A DNA stretch of 64,000 nt from an uncultured Bacteroidaceae bacterium (GCA_964563105.1 CAZLXM010000007.1:253-64252), one strand, 5' to 3'; shown: positions 30,482-40,283, numbered from the stretch's first letter. Notes: generated from the sequence alone by a model not told the origin. Numbers and translations: made by a program.

Positions 30482-31618
30482 ATGAAAAAAATAAAAATGG
30501 GAATGATAGGCGGCGGTATTGGCGCCTTTATCGGTGATGCTCATCGCCGTGCTGCCCGTATTTGCAATGATTATGAAGTCGTTGGAGGAGTGTTTGACGT
30601 TGATTATGAAAAGAGCAAACAATTTGCTCTTCAGGAAGGGATTGACCTTTCACGTTGCTATGAAAGTGTTGACAAACTTATTTCCTCGGAGTCAGCTCTT
30701 CCTGTAAATGAGCGAATGCAAATGGTAGCAATTGTGACACCAAATTATTTACATTATCCTTTTGCCAGGAAGCTCCTCAATAATGGTTTCCATGTGATGT
30801 GTGAGAAGCCAATGACTTTGACTATCGATGAGGCTCTTGATCTTGAGAAAATTGTGGGCGAAACAAAGCTTACATTTGCACTAACTCATACTTATACCGG
30901 ATATCCAATGATAAGGCAAATGCGTGAGCTTATAAAACAGGGTGTTTTGGGAACAATTCAGCGGATCGATGCACAATATTATCAGGGATGGATTAATTCT
31001 ATTATTCATGGAACAGATAGTCGTATTACCGGTATCTGGAGATTGGAACCTGAATATGCAGGTATAAGTAGTTGTATGGGCGATATAGGTGTTCATGCTT
31101 TTAATTTGATTGAATATACCACCGGCCTTGAAGTTCAGGAAGTATTATCAGATCTTAGCCCTGTTAAGGAAGGCATCAAAATGGACCTTGACGGAACTGT
31201 TTTATTAAGATTTAAAAACAGTTTAAAAGGAGTGGTACGTTCAACACAGGTAGCAGCCGGCGAAGAAAATAATCTTACCATTGCTGTTTATGGTTCAAAA
31301 GCCAGCCTGAAATGGGGTCAGGAAAATCCCAATTATTTGTATATGCTTAGTGATACAGACCCAACTAAAGTATTTAAACCTGCTAATGCTTATAACAGTC
31401 AGTTTGCAGAGTCATCCCACACCATGCCGTCGGGACACCCGGAAGGAATTTATGAAGCACTGGCAAATATTTATAAAGGAACTGCAAAGTCAATCCGTGG
31501 AGAAGAATTTACACCCGGTGAATTCCCAACTGTTCATGACGGAGTGCGTGGCATGAAATTTATCCATGCGGTCGTGAATTCCAATAAAAACGGAAATATC
31601 TGGCAAAAAATATCTTAA
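30482..31618 (+). CDS. Gfo/Idh/MocA-family NAD(P)-dependent oxidoreductase (cytoplasmic, no signal)
   Basis: Rossmann start KMGMIGGGIGAFIG. Conserved IVTPNYLHYPFA...GFHVMCEKPMT segment. Confidence 0.85.
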   Translation: MKKIKMGMIGGGIGAFIGDAHRRAARICNDYEVVGGVFDVDYEKSKQFALQEGIDLSRCYESVDKLISSESALPVNERMQMVAIVTPNYLHYPFARKLLNNGFHVMCEKPMTLTIDEALDLEKIVGETKLTFALTHTYTGYPMIRQMRELIKQGVLGTIQRIDAQYYQGWINSIIHGTDSRITGIWRLEPEYAGISSCMGDIGVHAFNLIEYTTGLEVQEVLSDLSPVKEGIKMDLDGTVLLRFKNSLKGVVRSTQVAAGEENNLTIAVYGSKASLKWGQENPNYLYMLSDTDPTKVFKPANAYNSQFAESSHTMPSGHPEGIYEALANIYKGTAKSIRGEEFTPGEFPTVHDGVRGMKFIHAVVNSNKNGNIWQKIS

Positions 31619-31645
31619 TAAATAGTTTGTTTTTTATATGAACTG

Positions 31646-31677
31646 ATGACAGCCGGTTTTTATCCTCCGGCTGTCAT
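31646..31677. terminator. Bidirectional hairpin terminator candidate between convergent genes
   Basis: Perfect 11-bp inverted repeat atgacagccgg / ccggctgtcat with a 10-nt loop. It lies between the stop at 31618 (+) and the stop at 31713 (-). Confidence 0.55.
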
Positions 31678-31712
31678 AAAATTTATAAATACGAGAGATG
31701 GCTGTTAAATGA

Positions 31713-32822
31713 TCAGTTACTGCCTTTATACATATTAAAAATTTTAATTGCATTTGTGTTATATATCTTTTCAAGAACTTCATCAGGCAGATATAGACCA
31801 TAAATCATCCAGCGGCCCTGAAGCTTATGAGCTGGTGTGGGGTCAAAATATTCGTCATCAGTTTCCAGGAATCGATAATAAACCCTGTATGACTCTGCGT
31901 TACAGGGAGTGTCTGTTCCAAATAATATCCTGTCCTGATATTTGATCATAAATTTTCGTGCTGTATATGGCTGCCGTCCTAGTTCACTGATCCTGGCATT
32001 AATATCTACATAAAAATTTGGATATTTTTCCAGCCACATTGAAACCCGTCCCAGTTCTTCAGGAAGATTACCTACATGCGCACCAATAAAAATAGTATTG
32101 GGATGACGGGCAATTACCCGGTTTCTTTGATCAAGGATCTCATTTTTTGCCGGAAATTCATCACCATAAAAAGACCAGTTGGGATGTTCTGCCAGTTCAT
32201 CATATCTTTCATTGTATTTATCAACCGGGCCGGCATGAAAGGCTTTAGGATCAGTGACGTGAATCATTACCGGAATACCCAGTTCACCACATTTCGCCCA
32301 TATAGGGTCAATTCTTGGATCATCAACAGGTACCACTTTCCCACTTTTATCCTTTAATGTCAATCCAAGATTTTTGAATATTTTTAATCCCCTGCATCCC
32401 ATTTTTACAGCTTCTTCAAGTTTTTGTGCCTCTTTGGTCCCAAAATTGTGCTCATCAATTTTACTGAAATCAGGAGAAAAGAAAACAATAAATCTTTCAT
32501 TGGATATACTGTTGGATACTTCAAGATGTTTTTTATAAAAATTATCACGTGATCGACCATCAAGGCTGACACATATCCATACTCCGGCTTTGTTCATTTC
32601 CTCCAGATATTCCTGAGTTTTATCCAGGTTGCCCAGATGGTTATGGATATCAATAACCGGAAATTTTGGCTGCATAACTTTTGTTTCCTTTACTACCAGC
32701 TGACTAATCGGTTGCCAGTCAAGTAAGCGCAGATCACCCGGCTGAGCTGCTAAAAAATATGGAAAGATCATATAAAAGATATATGCCGAAATTAAGCTGT
32801 TAAAAGATTTTTTATTTTTCAT
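31713..32822 (-). CDS. Amidohydrolase-family (Amidohydro_2-like TIM-barrel) protein, secreted
   Basis: Signal-like N-terminus. HxH metal motif in VIDIHNHLG, then VMIHV, IGAHVG and FGTDTP motifs. Confidence 0.75.
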   Translation of the reverse strand: MKNKKSFNSLISAYIFYMIFPYFLAAQPGDLRLLDWQPISQLVVKETKVMQPKFPVIDIHNHLGNLDKTQEYLEEMNKAGVWICVSLDGRSRDNFYKKHLEVSNSISNERFIVFFSPDFSKIDEHNFGTKEAQKLEEAVKMGCRGLKIFKNLGLTLKDKSGKVVPVDDPRIDPIWAKCGELGIPVMIHVTDPKAFHAGPVDKYNERYDELAEHPNWSFYGDEFPAKNEILDQRNRVIARHPNTIFIGAHVGNLPEELGRVSMWLEKYPNFYVDINARISELGRQPYTARKFMIKYQDRILFGTDTPCNAESYRVYYRFLETDDEYFDPTPAHKLQGRWMIYGLYLPDEVLEKIYNTNAIKIFNMYKGSN

Positions 32823-32994
32823 ATCACATAAAATTTTGATTTTAATAAAGCTGAAAAAAACCTTTATTATTTAAAGATGGTTCTTATAAGTTTTAAAAAG
32901 TAATCCGCTGAACAAATCATGATTTAATTTTTTCAGCAAAATTTGAGATTATCTAATTTTTAGTATCTTTTTACTTGTTTAATAATTTTAGAAT

Positions 32995-34416
32995 TTATAC
33001 CAATTCCGTTGTACCTCCTCCTAAAGTCAGATTTATGTCCATTCCGCGTTTATTAGTTTTCCAGGCCCCTGAAGTGAAATCCGGTACTTTTACGGGCATT
33101 GAACCATTTGCTACTGACCATATACTAAGAGGAATAATTGAAGTGGAAACAGCAGCATCATAAACATCTATATCCATTGGCATGCCATTTCTGAGGCAGT
33201 CAATCAAACGCCAGTCTGTAGGGCTTACTCTTTCATAAGAACGCCCGCGGGGATTTATACTTCTCGCTTGCTCGGCAAGGGCAGTAAACCTCTTTGTAAT
33301 CTCAGGAGTGTATTTGTCTATTAAAGCTTTAAATTCTGCTTCCGGAAGCCATCCATCGTGACTCGTTGCGATACGTGGAGGGCCAGCCTGATAAGCACCT
33401 TTTGTTCCACTTATAAGATTAAAACGTACATCCGGCCGGGGTGATGACACATCATGCTGAACCATAATTGTACGCCCTTTATTAGTTCTTATTATTGTAG
33501 TATTCATATTACCCCGGAAACTTTTATGTTCAAAAGGTTTCCAAAAATCGTCTTCTGAAGCTAATCTGTCTGCGGTTGCCCTCATTAAGAAATCATCACT
33601 TGAAACTGATACCAGAAATTCCGGTTTATCCCCATAATTAATATCCATCATTTGGAGTATTGGCATTAAACCATGTTGTGGATACAGACTACCATGCTTA
33701 TTCATATTTTCTTTTAGTCTCCATAGATTATGATACATGGTTTTTGAAAAGTTGTATCTCATAAGAAGATCATGGATATAGGCGCCCTCTCCATGGATAA
33801 GGTCACCAAAAAATCCTTCCCGTACCATATTTAACAGGACAGCAGAATATCCTGAATGGCAGTTTGCCGACATTTGAACACAATGTTTTTTTGTCCTTTC
33901 AGATGTTTCTACAAGCTTCCAGCAATCTTCTATAGTTAAAGCAGCAGGTAATTCAGTATAAGCATGTTTGTCATTTTCCATAGCATAAATACACATTGGA
34001 GCATGTAAATGCCAGGGAGTTACAACCGCAATTAGATCAATATCTTTACGGTCACAAACTTTTTTCCATTCTTCTTCATGGCCTGAATAAGAATCCGGGT
34101 TTTGCCCCAGAAAGGCGATAGATTCTTTTGCTTTACTAACTCTGTCCGGTTCCAAATCACATAGAGCTTTTATCACAACACCCTTGATGCTGGCAAGCCT
34201 TCTTACAGTTCCTGAGCCGCGATTTCCAAGCCCGATTATGCCAACTCGCACCTCTTCCAATTTAGGCGCTTTATATCCTGACATGTTGAAAGTTTGCTTG
34301 TGAGTTACAGGAAATGGATCAGTAGTTTCTGGCTGACGTGAACATGACATTGTGCCAATCACGCCAATTCCGGCAAAACTGGATTTTTTTAAAAAATGTC
34401 TGCGTGAGTTTTTCAT
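32995..34416 (-). CDS. Tat-signal Gfo/Idh/MocA oxidoreductase (GH109-like architecture)
   Basis: SRRHFLKKSSFAGIG twin-arginine motif. Rossmann VRVGIIGLGNRGSG, then VVTPWHLHAPM...HAYTELPAA. The size and Tat signal resemble NAD-dependent GH109-type proteins; that link is an inference. Confidence 0.75.
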   Translation of the reverse strand: MKNSRRHFLKKSSFAGIGVIGTMSCSRQPETTDPFPVTHKQTFNMSGYKAPKLEEVRVGIIGLGNRGSGTVRRLASIKGVVIKALCDLEPDRVSKAKESIAFLGQNPDSYSGHEEEWKKVCDRKDIDLIAVVTPWHLHAPMCIYAMENDKHAYTELPAALTIEDCWKLVETSERTKKHCVQMSANCHSGYSAVLLNMVREGFFGDLIHGEGAYIHDLLMRYNFSKTMYHNLWRLKENMNKHGSLYPQHGLMPILQMMDINYGDKPEFLVSVSSDDFLMRATADRLASEDDFWKPFEHKSFRGNMNTTIIRTNKGRTIMVQHDVSSPRPDVRFNLISGTKGAYQAGPPRIATSHDGWLPEAEFKALIDKYTPEITKRFTALAEQARSINPRGRSYERVSPTDWRLIDCLRNGMPMDIDVYDAAVSTSIIPLSIWSVANGSMPVKVPDFTSGAWKTNKRGMDINLTLGGGTTELV

Positions 34417-34436
34417 ATTGATATAATAATTTGAGA

Positions 34437-35207
34437 TTAAATTTCTGAATAATCAGTAGGAAAAAGGAAGAAGATCTGTGAACGGGATACGGTATTTTCA
34501 TATTCTTTGAGTCCGGATAAGGTTTTCCAATCCGGATCAGCTCTAAAAGTATCCCAATGCTCATCCCTTGCTGCCTTATTTGCAAAGGTGGTCATATACA
34601 TAAGATTAGGCATGCTGTTTCCGCTTAGGACTTCACCATAAAAAACAGCATTGAATTTTAGTTTTTCAAAAATTCTGATTTCACCTCCCTGATTAAACAT
34701 ATGAACTTTTTTATTATATAATTTTTCTGTAGCACTTTTATAACTTCTTAGTTCATATATTCTTTCTGAAGGGGAGGTGGCATGTTGAGGTATTTGTAAC
34801 CTCGGCATATCAATAAATGCTTTCAATAAAATACTTTCAATATGGTCATAAGGAGGGGCATTATGCAAAGCATCTAAATAATCTTTCCCCATTTCTTTAT
34901 ATTGTGTGTCTTTTTCAAGGATGTCAGATAACTTTAAAAATTGGGTCATTGATTTGAAGGGTATTAAAACATAAATTCTTTTTCCATGGGCTGTATCACT
35001 TTCCACAGGCTTAAAAACTCCTGTTTTAGTTATTCCCGCCCTGTTTAGGGCAGGAAGGAAGGCTTCTTTAAGATACTTATCAATCCGTTTTTCCTGTGTT
35101 TTATTGTTAAATACATAAATTTTAATTTGATAAAACTCCTGCCTGGCGGCAGAAACCCTAAAAAAAGTCAAATTTATCAATACAATAATAAAAAGGATAA
35201 CACGCAT
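34437..35207 (-). CDS. NIPSNAP-family protein with an N-terminal signal-like segment
   Basis: I chose the ATG at 35207 (MRVILFIIVLINLTFFRVSAA) over the ORF-track start at 35339. There are two NIPSNAP-like halves (FYQIKIYVF... and IYELRSYKS...). It ends 20 nt before the next gene's start. Confidence 0.65.
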   Translation of the reverse strand: MRVILFIIVLINLTFFRVSAARQEFYQIKIYVFNNKTQEKRIDKYLKEAFLPALNRAGITKTGVFKPVESDTAHGKRIYVLIPFKSMTQFLKLSDILEKDTQYKEMGKDYLDALHNAPPYDHIESILLKAFIDMPRLQIPQHATSPSERIYELRSYKSATEKLYNKKVHMFNQGGEIRIFEKLKFNAVFYGEVLSGNSMPNLMYMTTFANKAARDEHWDTFRADPDWKTLSGLKEYENTVSRSQIFFLFPTDYSEI

Positions 35208-35735
35208 AATATTGTTTGATAAGTAAATTGTTTTTGTTCGTATAAAATTTGATTTTAATGATTTATCTACCGGCTGACAAATTTGCCTGAATGTGCTTTG
35301 CCTGTTTTTGCATACATTAATAAAACTTGTGCTTTTCATAATTGCTTTAATATTAAATTTTAAAGGTTAATAATTTTATAATAAATATTGTCTTCTTAAA
35401 AATCAAAAAAAGTATACAATGGATATATATAAAACAATGAATTTGTATAGCTTAAAATTACTTATTTAATCTCTAAGTTCAATAATATATTTTTCAATAT
35501 TTTTTAAAAAAATATTATAGGATAAGCATATTTGATCCTAAAAGTAAAATTAATTCCTTATTATGATAATCACTTGCCCGGATTAATTTTCAGGTTTTTT
35601 AAATAGTTCATTTTTTCTTTATTTCCGGCTAAACACTTTTACTGTTTGAATATATTTTTATAAACGCTGATTTTTATTTTGGATTTCCATTAATAAAAAA
35701 GATATTGATTATAATAGTTTCCCGGAGAAGGTAAT

Positions 35736-36431
35736 ATGTCAGATTATAAAAATTTAAGTATAAAAGAATGGTCGGCTGAAGACAGGCCCAGGGAAAAATT
35801 TTTAAAAAAAGGAGTGAATAGTCTTAGTGATACAGAGTTGCTTGCTATTCTTATTGGTTCAGGTACCAGAAATATCTCTGCTGTAGAACTTTCCAAAAAA
35901 ATATTGTCTTCCGCGGAAAATAATCTTATTCGACTGGGAAAATTTTCCCTAAGTGAGCTTGAACGAAATAAAGGTATAGGAAGAGTAAGGGCTTTAGTAA
36001 TCCTTGCTGCACTGGAACTTGGTCGAAGAAGAAATTATGCTGAAGCTCTTGAAAAAGAAAAAATCACTTCCAGTAAAGAAGTTTTTGATCTGTTTCATCC
36101 TCTTTTGGCTGATTTGCCACATGAGGAATTTTGGATCCTTTTATTGAACAGGGCAAATGTTATAATTGATAAAAATCGTATTAGTCAGGGAGGACTTAGC
36201 GGAACTGTTATAGATATCAGGATAATTCTTAAAAATGCAATTGAAAAATTGGCATCCGGATTAATTTTATGTCATAATCACCCTTCGGGGAATATAAAAC
36301 CGAGTGATTCTGACAGGAAAATAACATTGAGGATGAAAGAGGCAGCAGGCTTTATGGATATCAGTCTCCTTGATCATATTATTATAGCTGGTAATTCTTA
36401 TTTTAGTTTTTCTGATGAGGGAATAATTTGA
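35736..36431 (+). CDS. radC: RadC-family JAB/MPN-domain protein
   Basis: N-terminal RPREKFLKKG..LSDTELLAILIGSGT helix-hairpin-helix part and a C-terminal JAMM motif LILCHNHPSGNIKPSDSD. Confidence 0.85.
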   Translation: MSDYKNLSIKEWSAEDRPREKFLKKGVNSLSDTELLAILIGSGTRNISAVELSKKILSSAENNLIRLGKFSLSELERNKGIGRVRALVILAALELGRRRNYAEALEKEKITSSKEVFDLFHPLLADLPHEEFWILLLNRANVIIDKNRISQGGLSGTVIDIRIILKNAIEKLASGLILCHNHPSGNIKPSDSDRKITLRMKEAAGFMDISLLDHIIIAGNSYFSFSDEGII

Positions 36432-36448
36432 AAAATATCAAATCTTTT

Positions 36449-37618
36449 TTAATATTTCCCATAATCCATAAGTGTTTCCCACATAGCCCAAAAGTTGGCG
36501 GGTGGAATATCTTCCTGTATGTTATGAACTGTTGCAAAAACAAAACCTCCTCCGGGGGCCATGATATCCATAATTCTCTTAACCTCATCTTTAACCTCAT
36601 CAGGCTTACCGGTTTTTAAAGTTTCCTGAGTATTAACCCCGCCGCCCCAAAATACAATATCTTTGCCAAAATCTTTTTTCAGTTCTTTCAGTTTCATATT
36701 ATTCGCTGTAAACTGAACAGGATTATAAATATCCATTCCGGCTTCAATAAGATCAGGAATTAGCTCACGTATTGCCCCGCAGGAATGCATAAAGATTTTG
36801 ACGTCCGGTAATTTATTTTTAATATGTGACCATAACTGTTTGAAACGGGAGATTACAGTTTTTCTTAAGAAATCCGGTTCCAGCAGAGTTGATGTTTGTG
36901 TTCCCAGGTCATCACATTCTGCGGCCACACTTAACCTTTTTTGCAAATTATTTTTGATAAGCCACTCAATCATAAGGTCCCAGTATTGAATTTTATAATC
37001 AAGCACCACATCAAGAAGCTTTTCCACACCTGCAGGATTAATGATCGTGTCAATAAACCAGTTTTCGTATCCTCTGATCCTTAAAGAAGTTTCAATCAGG
37101 CCCGCACAATTTCTGTCGGCCAATACTCCATAATCAGAAATAAATTGTTTTTGTTTATTAAGATCGTTTATAATAATATCTGCATGGACCTGAATATTAG
37201 GTATCAGGTAATTTTTAAGTCCTTCCTCAATAGAAGAACAGGATTCCAAGGGATAAGTGTATTGATTGTAATAAAAATCTTTTGTTTCATCCATTTTCCA
37301 AAGACAGGACCATATATCAGTAATTTCCAGCACATTGCCATTACGTATTAATGTTTGTTCAAAATCTGGTATTCTGCGTGAGCCTATACGTCGAATATCC
37401 GAATTTAAATTTTTTAATGTTCTTTCTACAGGGGTGACAATTTGTTGTATAGGGTCAATTTCTTTTTTATCATATTCTGTTGGCCAGCCTTTGAATTCCA
37501 TAGCATTGATAAAAGCTTTTTTACTTATGCCTGTTACAGTAGTTCCTGCGAGGTCATAAGGTATTCTGTCGGGTTCGCTATGGTTTAGAGCTGTGTTTAA
37601 ACGTTCAAAGGGTTTCAT
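36449..37618 (-). CDS. Uroporphyrinogen decarboxylase (URO-D) family protein of unknown substrate
   Basis: N-terminal ERLNTALNHSEPDRIPYDL and a TIM-barrel-length sequence (389 aa) like URO-D/MtaA-type proteins. It is the last gene of a 3-gene operon (6-nt gap to the MFS gene). Confidence 0.7.
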   Translation of the reverse strand: MKPFERLNTALNHSEPDRIPYDLAGTTVTGISKKAFINAMEFKGWPTEYDKKEIDPIQQIVTPVERTLKNLNSDIRRIGSRRIPDFEQTLIRNGNVLEITDIWSCLWKMDETKDFYYNQYTYPLESCSSIEEGLKNYLIPNIQVHADIIINDLNKQKQFISDYGVLADRNCAGLIETSLRIRGYENWFIDTIINPAGVEKLLDVVLDYKIQYWDLMIEWLIKNNLQKRLSVAAECDDLGTQTSTLLEPDFLRKTVISRFKQLWSHIKNKLPDVKIFMHSCGAIRELIPDLIEAGMDIYNPVQFTANNMKLKELKKDFGKDIVFWGGGVNTQETLKTGKPDEVKDEVKRIMDIMAPGGGFVFATVHNIQEDIPPANFWAMWETLMDYGKY

Positions 37619-37624
37619 ATTTAA

Positions 37625-38896
37625 TTACATTTCTAAAGGTTTAATATTTGGTATCAAAAGATGCAATATTCCCAGAGCTATTAAATATCCGATAGCAGCA
37701 ATAAAAAAAGGAATAATATAGCCGTCCATTCCCAATTTATGTAAGTTACTTCCTACCAGCTGGGCAATAACAATTCCTCCAACAGCTCCGGAGAAACCCG
37801 CAATTCCTGTAACAGAAGCTGTAGCCTTTCGTGGAAAAATGTCCGACATAAGGCTGAAAATATTTGCCGACCAACCACAATGGCCTCCTGCTGCCAGGGC
37901 GATCAAAAAAACCGAAAGCCACATATTATTTATATGGGGAACCAGCATAACCGGTAATGTGAAAAGTACACAGATAAAAAATCCGGTTTTACGTCCCTTA
38001 TTAAGTGACCAGCCCGATTTTAAAAATTTTGATGTCAACCATCCCAGAAAAATTCCACCCATCCATGAGATCAGATAAATTGTAAAGAAAGGAATTCCTA
38101 TTTCCTGTAAATTTAATCCATATTTCCCGTTTAAAAATTTTGCGCCCCAAAAGAGATAAAACCACCAAATAGGATCAGTAACAAATTTCCCAACGCATAT
38201 ACCCCATATTTCCCGGGTTCTTAAAACAGTAATCCATTTTATCGTATTTTCCGATTTTTCTTTCTCGTCGCTATTAATAAACTCAAACTCTTCTTTTGAA
38301 ACCCAACGGTGTTTGTCGGGTTTTTTGTATAAAATCAGCCATGTAAGGATCCATATAATGCTGATTGGTAAGGTCCATAAAAAGGCTGCCTGCCATTTAT
38401 TATTAAATGCTGATACAATAATTGGTATAATAAGAGGGGACAATAGTGTTCCCACATTAGAACCTCCATTAAAAAGGCTGATAGCAAATGCCCTTTCTTT
38501 TTTAGGAAACCATTCTGCCAGGACTTTATTTGCCACCGGAAAGTTTCCCGATTGCCCTACTGACAGTCCAATACGTGCCAATGCAAAACCTGTCCAGCTT
38601 TTAGCAATGGCAGTTGAAGCTTGTGCAAATACCCATAGGCCTACTGCGATGGCATAACCGGATTTTGCGCCAATTTTATCTACAAAAGCTCCCATGATTA
38701 GAAAGCATATAGCATATCCAATCATAAAGGCAGTATTTATATTACCATATTGTTTTTCAGTCCACCCTATTTCATCCTGAAGAAAAGGGGCCATAATACC
38801 AAGGGCTGAGCGATCAAGATAAAGGAGTACAGTAGCAAAGAAAAGAAACAATAAGATTATCCACCTTATATTCATACTTCTTTTAAAGGGATTCAT
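37625..38896 (-). CDS. MFS transporter, ACS/hexuronate (ExuT)-like
   Basis: Twelve hydrophobic segments, with LYLDRSALGIMAP and GAFVDKIGAKSG motifs typical of the anion:cation symporter group. Confidence 0.75.
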   Translation of the reverse strand: MNPFKRSMNIRWIILLFLFFATVLLYLDRSALGIMAPFLQDEIGWTEKQYGNINTAFMIGYAICFLIMGAFVDKIGAKSGYAIAVGLWVFAQASTAIAKSWTGFALARIGLSVGQSGNFPVANKVLAEWFPKKERAFAISLFNGGSNVGTLLSPLIIPIIVSAFNNKWQAAFLWTLPISIIWILTWLILYKKPDKHRWVSKEEFEFINSDEKEKSENTIKWITVLRTREIWGICVGKFVTDPIWWFYLFWGAKFLNGKYGLNLQEIGIPFFTIYLISWMGGIFLGWLTSKFLKSGWSLNKGRKTGFFICVLFTLPVMLVPHINNMWLSVFLIALAAGGHCGWSANIFSLMSDIFPRKATASVTGIAGFSGAVGGIVIAQLVGSNLHKLGMDGYIIPFFIAAIGYLIALGILHLLIPNIKPLEM

Positions 38897-38912
38897 ACCT
38901 TAATGCTAAAAT

Positions 38913-40283
38913 TTATACCTTATCCGGAACAATAAAAGGTTTTCTATACTGTCTTGTTAACATAACATCAGCATCCGGGGCATTAATGAATTTCATTGTT
39001 ACAGGGTCAAACTCAAGGCTCCTTCCCAGACGATAAGCAATATTTCCAAGGTGTATTAAGGCACAGGAATAAAATCCCTCGCGTATATCTCCATTGGCGA
39101 GTTTCTGGTCGTTCGCCCTGACAGCATCAATAAAAGCTTGATAATGATTGCCCTCGCCACTTCCTCTTTCTCCTTCTGTCCGTTCTTTTCCATTATAAAC
39201 CTGCCATTCCTTTACATTTTTAGTCATGAATCCTTTTGATCCGTAAAAAAGATTACCTACAGTATTATCTGAACTGACCATATAAGCATTTGCCTCAGGA
39301 GTATCACCCTTAATTCCCTCTCTGTTTGTGATCCAATGACGGACTTCAAACTGAAGTATTTTTTTCTTATCTCCTTCTCCCTGTGGATTAGGAAATTCGA
39401 ACACCGCAATCATTGTATTTGGGGTATTCTGATCATCGTCAAACATAAAATGACCGCCTATTGCACTAATTTTTGTTGGCAGTGTAACGTTTAATCCCCA
39501 TCGGGCGATATCCATTTCATGAACTCCCTGGTTACCCATATCTCCATTTCCGTAGTCCCAGTTCCAATGCCAATTATAATGAAATCTGTTTTTCGAGAAT
39601 GGCTTTTTAGCTGCAGGCCCTGTCCAGAGATCATAGTCAACTCCTTCGGGTACAGCTTCATCTGGTGTTTTTCCAATAGTATCCCGCCATTTATAACATA
39701 GTCCTTTAGCCATATATACTTCACCAAGTTTGCCGCTATGCAGAAAGTCTGCCATACTTTGTGCACAGGGATTGCTTCTTTGTTCTGCACCATCCTGAAC
39801 AATAAGTTTATATTTTTCAGCAGCTTCAACAAGTTTTTGACCTTCAAAAAAATTGTGGCAACAAGGTTTTTCTACAGAAACATGTTTACCGGCCTGTAAA
39901 GCCCATATAGAAGCAAGTGTATGCCAATGATTCGGAGTTACAATAGAAACTGCATCAACATCCTTATCTTCATACAGTTTCCTTAAATCAATATAAGTTC
40001 TGGGTTTTGGCAAACCTTTCCTTGTAAAAAATTTTTCTATCCTTTCAGCAAACAAGTTACTGTCAACATCACATAAAGCAATGACATTACCATTTTTTGC
40101 ATTCTGATAGGATGAAATATGTGATTGTCCCATTCCATGGATCCCTATTACAGCGATATTAACCCGTTCATTGGATCCAATGATCTGCCCATAGGATCTG
40201 GCATTGAATCCCATTGCTCCAATGGTGATCCCGGCACTTCCTCTGGTAACTGTTTTTACAAATTCTCTTCTGGATTTTTTCAT
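38913..40283 (-). CDS. Tat-signal Gfo/Idh/MocA oxidoreductase
   Basis: SRREFVKTVTRGSAGITIGA twin-arginine motif. Rossmann VNIAVIGIHGMGQSH, then IVTPNHWHTLASIWALQAGKHVSVEKP. Confidence 0.8.
   Translation of the reverse strand: MKKSRREFVKTVTRGSAGITIGAMGFNARSYGQIIGSNERVNIAVIGIHGMGQSHISSYQNAKNGNVIALCDVDSNLFAERIEKFFTRKGLPKPRTYIDLRKLYEDKDVDAVSIVTPNHWHTLASIWALQAGKHVSVEKPCCHNFFEGQKLVEAAEKYKLIVQDGAEQRSNPCAQSMADFLHSGKLGEVYMAKGLCYKWRDTIGKTPDEAVPEGVDYDLWTGPAAKKPFSKNRFHYNWHWNWDYGNGDMGNQGVHEMDIARWGLNVTLPTKISAIGGHFMFDDDQNTPNTMIAVFEFPNPQGEGDKKKILQFEVRHWITNREGIKGDTPEANAYMVSSDNTVGNLFYGSKGFMTKNVKEWQVYNGKERTEGERGSGEGNHYQAFIDAVRANDQKLANGDIREGFYSCALIHLGNIAYRLGRSLEFDPVTMKFINAPDADVMLTRQYRKPFIVPDKV

Noticed and set aside
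35208-35735. Roughly 530-bp very AT-rich gap between the NIPSNAP-like and radC genes, examined for an RNA gene or repeats.
   Set aside because: I found no convincing stem-loops, conserved RNA motifs or repeats by eye. It is most simply a divergent promoter region.
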